A stretch of 64,000 bases of DNA, taken from assembly GCA_963829055.1 (NCBI GenBank), contig CAWHHI010000003.1, positions 256,001-320,000 of the forward strand. The letters are read 5' to 3'. Position numbers and translations under genes: made by a program. Below the pieces are notes generated by a model, which was given only the letters and a program-made list of their open reading frames with translations, was not told the origin of the DNA and did not search any database. Of this stretch, positions 56,038 to 64,000 are shown piece by piece. The first letter of the stretch is position 1, and the number at the start of each line of letters is the position of its first letter. The DNA is from an uncultured Gemmatimonadaceae bacterium. Its GTDB lineage: Bacteria; Gemmatimonadota; Gemmatimonadetes; Gemmatimonadales; Gemmatimonadaceae.

Positions 56038-59000
56038 ATGCCCAACCCAGATCCGCTTTCCGTTCTCCGTCACGCTCGCGCTGCTCGTCCTCGGCTTCGG
56101 TCTCGCCGCATCGCCGCGCAGGGCTACGACCCATCGCTCTTCCAGGAGATGCGCTGGCGGATGATCGGACCGTTCCGCGCCAGTCGCACGAAGGCCGGCA
56201 CCGGCGTGCCGTCGCAGCCGAACGTGTTCTACATCGGCGTCGTGAACGGCGGCGTGTGGAAGACGACCGACTACGGCCGCACCTGGGACCCGATCTTCGA
56301 CGAGCAGGGCACCGGTTCGGTCGGCGCGATCGCCGTCGCACCGTCGGACCCGAACATCGTCTACGTCGGGAGCGGCGAGGGACTGCAGCGCCCCGACCTC
56401 TCCGTCGGCGACGGCATCTACAAGTCCACCGACGCCGGGAAGACGTGGACGCACCTCGGCCTTCGCGACGGACAGCAGATCCCGCAGATCATCATCGACC
56501 CGCGCGACCCCAACCGGCTGTTCGTCGCCGTGCTCGGCCATCCGTACGGGCCTAACGCGGAGCGCGGCATCTTCCGCTCGACCGACGGCGGCCGGACGTT
56601 CGAGAAGGTGCTGTACAAGGACGAGAACACCGGCGGCATCGACGTCGCGTTCGATCCGCAGAACGCGCAGACCATCTACGCCGTGCTGTGGGAAGCTCGT
56701 CAGGCGCCGTGGGAGAACGGCGCGTTCAGCGGGCCGGGCTCCGGAATGTTCAAGTCCACCGACGGCGGCACGACGTGGCGTCAGATCGGCCAGGGACTGC
56801 CGACGTTCGACCGGCGATGGACTCGGGCGCATCGGCATCGGCATTGCGCCGAGCCTGCCGAGTCGCGTGTTCGCGACGGTGGATGCGGCGCGGAACGGTG
56901 GGTTGTATCGGTCGGACGACGGCGGCGAGACGTTCACGCAGGCGACCGAGCGATGCGCGCGTCGTGTCGCGCGCGTCGGACTTCGCCGAAGTGAAGGTGA
57001 GTCCGAAGAATCCGGATATCGTGTTCACGGCGAGCGTCGTCGCGTGGAAGTCCACCGACGGCGGCAAGACCTTCTCGGCGCTACGCGGCGCGCCCGGCGG
57101 CGACGACTATCACCGATTCTGGATCAACCCCGACAACCCGGACATCATCCTGCTCGATCGCCGACCAGGGCGCGGTGATCACGCGTGAATGGCGGCAAGA
57201 CGTGGAGCAGCTGGTACAATCAGCCGACGGCGCAGATGTACCACGTGATCCACGGACAATGCGTTCCCGTACCGCGTCTGCAGCGGGCAGCAGGAGTCGG
57301 GCTCCGCGTGCGTGCTGAGTCGCAGCGACAACGGTCGCATCACGTTCATGGATTGGCATCCGGTGTCGGTGGAGGAGTACGGCTACGTCGCGCCGGACCC
57401 GCTCGACCCCGACATCGTGTACGGCGGCAAGGTGACGCGTTATGATCGCCGCACGGGTCAGGTGCAGAACGTGGCGCCGAAGCTGTCGCGGTCGCCCGAC
57501 TATCGCGCGCTGCGCACGGCGCCGCTGCTGTTCTCACCGGTGAATCCGCGGAAGCTGTACTTCGCGACGAACACCGTCTGGCAGACGACGAACGGCGGCC
57601 AGAGCTGGCAGGAGATCTCGCCGGACCTCACGCGCCGCGACTCCGTCGTGCCGCCTAACGTCGGCAAGTATTCCGGAGGAGCGCGGCGCGACAGCGCGGC
57701 ATCCGGGCGTGGTGTACACGCTCGCGCCGTCGTACGTGAAGGAGAACATCATGTGGGCCGGCAGCGACGACGGGTTGATCCACGTGACGTTCGACGGCGG
57801 CACGACGTGGAAGGACGTGACGCCACCGGCGCTCCGGACACGTCCGTGGAGCAAGATCTCGATCATGGACGCGTCGCACTTCGATACGCTCACGGCGTAC
57901 GCGGCGATCAACACGCTGCGTCTCGACGACATGCGTCCGCACCTCTACCGCACGCGCGATGGCGGAAAGACGTGGACGGAGATCGTCGCCGGCATCGACT
58001 CGGGCGCGATCACGAACGTCATCCGCGAGGACCCGAAGGCGCGCGGGCTGCTGTACGCCGGGAGCGACCGTCAGGTGTGGGTGTCGTTCGACGACGGCGA
58101 TCACTGGCAGTCGCTGCGGCTGAACATGCCGGCGCACGTCGATCCGCGATCTCGTGATCAAGGACGACGACGTGGTGATCGGCACGCATGGGCGGTCGTT
58201 CTGGATTCTGGATAACGTGACGCCGCTGCGACAACTCGGCAGCGGGACTGGGGACTGGGGACTAGCGGGAACTCGACGGGAAGCTGCCGGCGTCTAGCTT
58301 CCCGCAGTCCCGAGTCCCCAGTCCCCAGTCCCGCTTGTTCAGACCGCAAACAGCCACCCGAATCCGGTACAGCCAGTGGCCCGACACCCCACTCCCGCCG
58401 GACGAGCCCGCGGCGGAGAATCCGCCGGACGGCGCGATGATCGACTACGTCATCGGCACCGGCGGCGCCGGCGGGAAGCCGGTGACGCTCGAGATCCTCG
58501 ACGGCACGACGGCTCGTTAGGCGGTACGCGAGCACCGACACCGCCATGGCGCCCGCCGACATCGGCAACGTCCCGCGCTACTGGATCCGCCCCACGCAGG
58601 TGCTGTCGGCCGAGCCGGGCATGCACCGGTTCGTCTGGGACCTGCGCTACCCGGCGCCCGGCGTCCTCAACGTCCAGTACCCGATCTCGGCCACGCCTAA
58701 CAACACGCCGCGCGAGCCGCGTGGACCGTGGGTCGTGCCAGGCACGTACACGGTTCGCCTCACGGTGAATGGCCAGACATACACGCAGCCGCTCACCGTG
58801 CGCATGGACCCGCGCGTGAAGGCGTCCGCCGCGACGCTCGCGCGGCAGTTCGCACTGTCGAAGGGCGTCTACGACGACATCAACCGCACGCGAGGCGTGC
58901 TCGACGAGCTCCGCACGCTGCGCGCGAACCTCCGCGAGCTTCGAGGACGCGCGACCGGCGACTCACGGCCGCGCTCGATTCGATCGATCGTGCCGCCGCC

Positions 59001-59282
59001 GCGCTCGAGGGCGCTGGAGGTGGGTTCGGAGCGGAGGGGGAGGCGGTCGCGCGAGCAGGCTCACCGACGCTGACCGGAACCATCGGCGAGCTCGGCCAGC
59101 TGTACGACGCACTGCAGGAAGCCGACGTCGCAGCCGACGACGCAGCTCGTCGCGGCGGTCCAGGACGGCACAGCGCCAGGTGCCGCGCACTCTCGCTCGC
59201 TGGGACACCCTCCGGACCCGCGCGGTCCCGGCGCTCGGCACGCAGCTCCGGCCGCTCGGCCCGCCGAAGTGACCGGAGCTAG
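56038..59282 (+). CDS. Second large BNR/VPS10-repeat secreted protein, putative glycosyl hydrolase (frameshifted)
   Basis: WRMIGPFRASR, repeated STDGGxTW boxes, [36 protein letters not shown]. Confidence 0.85.
58242..58334. repeat. GGGGACT-type inverted array inside a CDS
   Basis: gcgggactggggactggggact..gcgggaa ... ttcccgcagtcccgagtccccagtccccagtcccgc. Confidence 0.8.
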
Positions 59283-59354
59283 GCGATGCGCAGGCGGTTC
59301 AGCGACGTCAGACCCGACGCACGCTCACTTCAACGATTCGCCGGAGCGACGACC

Positions 59355-59897
59355 ATGGCACGGAAGCCAATGGCAGCGGCGGTGGTCGGGACCCTTCTGA
59401 TGGTCGTGTGCGATGACGGCGCGGTCTACGAGCTCGACCCGAACGGCGCATGGGTCGAGCGCGCGCCGGTGCCCGGCACGCCCGCGGCACATGCGGACGA
59501 GATCCGGCGACCAGGAGCCGCGATTCGACTGAGCTCCGAGCGACCGGGGGAGGCATGGCCCAAGCTGGCCCGGCGACGTATAGTCATTCCACCTATGCCG
59601 TGCCTGCTCGTCGTCCTCGCGCTCGCTACGCCGCGTCTCGTGATCGCGGTGCTGTGCTTTTTCACGACGTGGTTCAAGGGCCTGTTCGACACGCCGCTCT
59701 GGCCCATCCTCGGCTTCGTTTTCCTGCCGACGAGCTTTCTCTGGTTCACCGCGGTGCAACACTGGTTCGGTGGGCAGTGGACGCTGTGGCCGATCGTCGG
59801 ACTCGTCGTCGCACTCATGATCGACATCTCGCCGGCGGGCGGGCGGCGAAAGAAGTCGTTGAAGATCCACCGCGTGACACGTCACGCCATTCTCTAG
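59355..59897 (+). CDS. Hypothetical; probably two small genes read as one frame (second, a membrane protein, starts at 59595)
   Basis: MARKPMAAAVVG..CDDGAVYEL..W..PVPG; MPCLLVVLALATPRL..WPILGFVFLP..GLVVALMID. Confidence 0.6.
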   Translation: MARKPMAAAVVGTLLMVVCDDGAVYELDPNGAWVERAPVPGTPAAHADEIRRPGAAIRLSSERPGEAWPKLARRRIVIPPMPCLLVVLALATPRLVIAVLCFFTTWFKGLFDTPLWPILGFVFLPTSFLWFTAVQHWFGGQWTLWPIVGLVVALMIDISPAGGRRKKSLKIHRVTRHAIL

Positions 59898-59911
59898 GAT
59901 GATGAACGACT

Positions 59912-60519
59912 ATGAAAATTCCGCTGATCGGTGCCTGCGCCGGTGCTGCGTGCGCTATCGCTTCCTTGGCGGCGCAGAAGTCCGGCGCAGGAGCAGATCC
60001 TGCCACCGGCGAAGCAGATCGCAGGCGGCGATCGCCGCGGCTCCGGCGGAGCTGCGCGATGGCGCGCGGCGTGTGGGGATACGACGCGAGCAAGAAGCTC
60101 GTGAAGCTGCGCGAGGGGACGAACGACATGATCTGCCTCGCGAGCAATCCGGACGGCGAGCAGTTCCACGTCGCGTGCTACCACAAGCTGCTCGAGCCCT
60201 TCATGGCGCGCGGTCGCGAGCTGCGCGCGCAGGGCGTGAAGGGACGATCAGGTGGACACGGTTCGCTTCAAGGAGATCAAGAGCGGCAAGCTCGCGATGC
60301 CGTCGGACGCCGTCAGCGCTGTACACGCTGACGGGTCCGCCGACCAGCTTCGATGCGGCACGGAAGGTGACGGGCGCGAAGTGGCTCTACGTCGTGTACA
60401 TCCCGGGCGCGACGATCGAGAAGTCGACGGGGATCACGGAGAAGCCGGCGGCGGGGGTGCCGTGGATCATGTACCCGGGGACGCCGAAGGCGCACATCAT
60501 GTTTTTCACCGGGATGTAG
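59912..60519 (+). CDS. Secreted hypothetical protein (frameshifted)
   Basis: Signal peptide; AAAPAELRDGA, LREGTNDMICLA, VACYHK.LEPFMARGRELR, PWIMYPGTPKAHIM. Confidence 0.7.
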
Positions 60520-60643
60520 GATTACCGTAACGCGTTACCCGCTCGCCTCACGTTTGCGCTGTGTCGAATCTGTGCCGGGTCCCGTTGGCTTCGGGCGCGA
60601 TCCGGGACGCTCAACCGCGGAACTATTTCATTTTCGCGCCACG

Positions 60644-60907
60644 ATGGCCATGCTCGTCAACCCAAGCGAAAGCGGGAGCGGTAACGTGGCGGAAACCGTT
60701 GCCGCGGGTATCGCGTGCGGCAGCTGCGGCACCATCCTCCCGGCGGAGTGGGCGAGTGAGCCGCGCGACCAGCGCTCTCCCTGCCCCAAGTGTCGTGGCA
60801 CCCAGCGTCGGACGGCGTTCGCAAAGAGCGCAACAAGCGCCGAGCCCCAGCGCCCGCCCGGCCTACTCGGGTGGATCGGGAAACTGATACGGCGGGGGCG
60901 GGGATGA
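60644..60907 (+). CDS. Small zinc-ribbon protein
   Basis: CGSCG..CPKC; amphipathic tail GLLGWIGKLIRRGRG. Confidence 0.6.
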   Translation: MAMLVNPSESGSGNVAETVAAGIACGSCGTILPAEWASEPRDQRSPCPKCRGTQRRTAFAKSATSAEPQRPPGLLGWIGKLIRRGRG

Positions 60908-61127
60908 CGCGCGCGCCAGCCGGACCCTAATAAAGCGCGACGCCATCGTGCTGGCCGTCTTCTTATTCGACGTATGGGCCGTCGATCTCGCGCTCAGTAA
61001 GCGGAACTGTCGCCGCGAGGGCGGCACGCCTGTCGTGAGCGATGCCGCGGTGGTTTGCCTCCGACCGGGTGGTGTGCCTAACGGGTTCGTGCCGGCGGTG
61101 CCTACCGCCAAGCGGGGGCGGGGATGA
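60904..61127 (+). CDS. Small hypothetical protein (needs one indel fix)
   Basis: ATGA-coupled at both ends; ..IVLAVFLFDVWAVDLAL..NCRREGG..VVCLRP..KRGRG*. Confidence 0.5.
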
Positions 61128-61651
61128 GAATTTGGGCCGTGCTCGGCGCGACATTGGCGATCGCCTGCGCGGATGGCGCAACGGCTCCGGGCGACGTACG
61201 CGGCACGTTTCGAGTTACCGTCAGCAACGCTATCGCGCGCGACGTCTCCGGAGTGGCGAGGTACTTCGTCTTCAGTGAAGGGGCGTCCTCGACGTATCGA
61301 ATCGAGTTGGCGGAGACGAGCGCCGTTAACGGGTTTTGGCTCACGATTGCGGGCGACGGCGCCCGCCCGCCCGTGGGCACGCACGCGATTATGCCCGGAC
61401 CAGGCGCGTCCCCGCAGGCGCCGACGGTGATCGCCGCGGCGTGTGCGGACCGCTCCCAGCGCTGCTTTCCCGCTTGGAGGGTAGCGTCGTCGAGCGGCGG
61501 CGCGGGCCGGCTGGAGATCGCCCGGTCGGCGGCGGGCGGTTTAGCCGGTAGCCTCGAGGTCGACCTGCTCGGCGAGGGAGATTTCTCCGGCGAGACGCTT
61601 CATGTATCGGCAAAGTTCAACGCGGCCTGCGAGCCGCCGGCGTCGTGCTGA
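61124..61651 (+). CDS. Hypothetical lipoprotein
   Basis: MRIWAVLGATLAIAC lipobox; beta-rich; intact ORF. Confidence 0.7.
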   Translation: MRIWAVLGATLAIACADGATAPGDVRGTFRVTVSNAIARDVSGVARYFVFSEGASSTYRIELAETSAVNGFWLTIAGDGARPPVGTHAIMPGPGASPQAPTVIAAACADRSQRCFPAWRVASSSGGAGRLEIARSAAGGLAGSLEVDLLGEGDFSGETLHVSAKFNAACEPPASC

Positions 61652-61732
61652 ACTTCTCGGAACCGAGCGCCGAACCCCAGCGCCCGCGCGGCTTATTGCG
61701 TGGATCGCGAGATTTATGCGGCGGGGGAGCGG

Positions 61733-61957
61733 ATGACACACCCGTTCACCGCGCCTAACGGCACCGTGTTCTACCATAACGCGGGCTACTCTGGCGACAT
61801 GCATATCGTGCCCGCGGTCGGTGAGCCGTCTGTCGAAGTGCCGATCGACGACCTAGTGGCCTTCGTCGCGCACCTCGTGACCGACCGGCGCATCGATGGG
61901 ATGCGCGCCGACATCGAGCTCGGCGAGCTGCTCGAGCGGAAGCGGGGGCGGGGATGA
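61733..61957 (+). CDS. Small hypothetical protein
   Basis: MTHPFTAPNGTVFYHNAGYSGD..ERKRGRG*. Confidence 0.6.
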   Translation: MTHPFTAPNGTVFYHNAGYSGDMHIVPAVGEPSVEVPIDDLVAFVAHLVTDRRIDGMRADIELGELLERKRGRG

Positions 61958-62616
61958 CCAGTTCGTGGCGCGTGCGCCGCGGCGCCTCACTGCTCGCCGT
62001 GCTCGCCGGGGTCGTCACGCTCGCGACGTTCGCATGGCAGCCGGCCGCGGCGACCCGCAGCACGGCCCGCACACATCGTCAATGGCACAACAAGCCGGGA
62101 TGGGCCCCGCCGCTGTTCCGGGAGCCGGTTCAGGGTGTGAAGGTCGCCGGGCAATGCACGTTTCCGACCTACGACGAGGTTGCCCGGAAGCACCCCGAGC
62201 TCGCGGCAACAATCGGCGAGGACGACACGGAGACGTGCGCGGGCGTCATGTACTTCGGCGACTGGGCCGGAGAGCTCGAGCGGCTCGAGAGAAGTGCGAT
62301 CGAGAACGGGGCGCGCACGGACACAGTTCGCGCCGCGAGGCTCGACAGGTAGCGCGCCAGCGTGCGGCTACTCGCAAGGCCGAGCGATTGAAGCAATACC
62401 GAGCGCTAAGCCGGTCAGAGGGCGACATCGCCACCATCATGGCCGGCAAGATTCGCCTCGGATTTACAGCTCGCCAAGTTCGTGAGTCAATTGGCCGGCC
62501 TGAGCGGATCAACACGACAATCACCGGAAGCGGCACGCACGAGCAGTGGGTTTACGGAGACAACTACGTCTATGGTCGACAACGGGATTGTCACCTCAAT
62601 TCAGACCAGCCGTTGA
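61954..62616 (+). CDS. Exported hypothetical protein with SmpA/OmlA-like C-terminal motif (frameshifted)
   Basis: N-terminal signal; IRLGFTARQVRESIGRPERINTT..HEQWVY..NGIVTSIQ. Confidence 0.55.
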
Positions 62617-62991
62617 GAGCGCGCGTCGGTACCAGAGGTTAAGGGATTCAGTCGACACACAGCTCGTTCTTTATCCGCAAGCCGACACCCCTGGTCCGCG
62701 GCCAGCCTAACGATGCGCGAACGTTCTCCACCGGCGGCGCGATCTTCTGCGGGTTCGCATGGCGGCCGAAGGCATGAGCGCGCACGAGATGCGACCTCCT
62801 CATGCGCGGCCGGCCGCGGGAGCGGAAGTAACAAGAGACGATCGCCCGTCTACGGTCCGGGTCCCGACATTCGATGGGTCACACCTGACGTTAGGCGTGG
62901 CGGTTCTGTAGCGGCGGCTGGTACCCGGCCGCGTCTTCCCGCAGCAGTTCGATTGCCTACGAGCGCCACTCGTCGCGCTCGCAGGCTCGGC

Positions 62992-64000
62992 CTATTCGCC
63001 TTCCACACGGATGCGCGCCAAACCCGACGCGCTGCCGCTCGTCGCCGTGACGGTCACGTTCCCCTGCCGCTCTCCACGCACTCGACCGTCACTGTCCACG
63101 GTCGCAACCCGCGTGTCGCTGCTCGTCCACGTCACCTCCGCCCCCGGGATGACGTTGCCGCGCGTGTCGTATACCGTCGCGGTCAGGCGGAACGAGCCGC
63201 CCACCGCGATGGTAGCGGCCGCCGGCGTGACATCCACGCGCTGGACTGTCGGAGGCGTCACGGTGACCTGCGCAGTACCGCTTCGCCCTTCGCTCGACGC
63301 CGTGATCGTGGCCGTGCCTGCACCCACAGCGATCACGAGCCCCGACGAGGAGACGGTCGCGACCTGCGGCGCATTCGATGACCACGCCACCACGCGGCCA
63401 GGGAGCGGCTGACCGGACGCGGTGCGCGGCTCCGCCTCGAATGCGATAGTCTGCCCAACGACCAGCGACGCCGAGGTCGGGGTCACGGCCACGGTCGCGA
63501 TGGGGGCGGGCGAGACCGTGACAGCCGCAACCCCGCTCTTCCCTTCGGCGGCCGCAGTGATGACCGCACTGCCGGGGGCGATCGCCGTGACCACACCGCT
63601 CGCGCTCACGGTCGCGACGGTAGGGCGGCTCGTCGTCCACGCGACCGGCCGACCGGTGAGCACGGCGCCTCGTCCGTCGAGCGTCTCCGCCGTGAGCGTC
63701 GTGCTTTCGCCGACCGTGAGATCGCGGCTCGCCGGTGACACGCGGACCGTGGCTACCGGGATCGGGATGACGATGACCTGGGCGGTCGCGGTCTTCCCCT
63801 CGATGCTCGCCGCAACGGGAACTGTCCCGACGTACCTGCCCGTCACGACGCCGGCGTCGGTTATGGTCGCGAAGTTGGAATCGGCGGTCGCCCAGCGCAC
63901 CTTCCGCCCCGTGACCACGTTCCCGGCGGCATCAAGCACGGTGGCGGTGAGCGACACAGTCGCCCCAATCGTAACAGTCACCGTCGGGGGAGCGACCTCG
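62992..64000 (-). CDS. Ig-like (Big_2) repeat surface protein, C-terminal part
   Basis: Four repeats of the type V.VTP..L.VG.T..L.A..D..G..L.GR.V.W.SS..VATVS..G.V; start lies beyond window. Confidence 0.9.
   Translation of the reverse strand, partial: EVAPPTVTVTIGATVSLTATVLDAAGNVVTGRKVRWATADSNFATITDAGVVTGRYVGTVPVAASIEGKTATAQVIVIPIPVATVRVSPASRDLTVGESTTLTAETLDGRGAVLTGRPVAWTTSRPTVATVSASGVVTAIAPGSAVITAAAEGKSGVAAVTVSPAPIATVAVTPTSASLVVGQTIAFEAEPRTASGQPLPGRVVAWSSNAPQVATVSSSGLVIAVGAGTATITASSEGRSGTAQVTVTPPTVQRVDVTPAAATIAVGGSFRLTATVYDTRGNVIPGAEVTWTSSDTRVATVDSDGRVRGERQGNVTVTATSGSASGLARIRVEGE

Noticed and set aside
256..59282. Pervasive frameshifts as pseudogenisation or programmed frameshifting
   Set aside because: They hit housekeeping-type genes (pfk, peptidases) at random with motifs intact and few in-frame stops; best explained by long-read indel error
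60892..61957. Junction repeats as a CRISPR array
   Set aside because: Repeats too short, spacers 200-600 bp and protein-coding, no cas genes
62705..62896. GCCTAAC...GTTAGGC pair as an integron attC site (matches RYYYAAC/GTTRRRY)
   Set aside because: About 190 bp long, no complementary L boxes, no integrase seen, and the motif is scattered everywhere including inside genes
5008..62896. TTAGGC as telomere-like repeat, or Chi/KOPS
   Set aside because: Not in tandem arrays and shows no strand polarity within the window

Overview
High-GC (about 70% by eye) bacterial chromosomal segment. Gene content (SusC/SusD-type pair, two PadR-ADOP permease operons, two large BNR/VPS10-repeat proteins, many secreted peptidases) is most consistent with Gemmatimonadota or a similar soil lineage (inference). 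Many genes are split over several frames by single-base indels, which looks like uncorrected long-read error, so many CDS coordinates are approximate reconstructions. No rRNA, tRNA, CRISPR array, integrase or transposase was seen. The most notable signals are: (1) a non-palindromic heptamer CCTAACG/CGTTAGG (usually GCCTAACG) that I count about 56 times on both strands, including inside genes via rare codons, suggesting a DNA-uptake or HIP-like signal; (2) a modular accessory array at 60.6-62.6 kb where unrelated ORFs are joined by a repeated GCGGGGGCGGGGATGA stop/start junction and a diverged 72-bp repeat; (3) a REP/MITE-like GTCAT(C/T)CCGAGC palindromic family and a separate family of 7-bp-periodic inverted arrays, one sitting inside a protein-coding gene; (4) a stand-alone AP2-like protein with a histone H1-like tail; (5) an intact Xre/MbcA-RES toxin-antitoxin module with promoter and operator, plus candidate PadR and LytTR operators.
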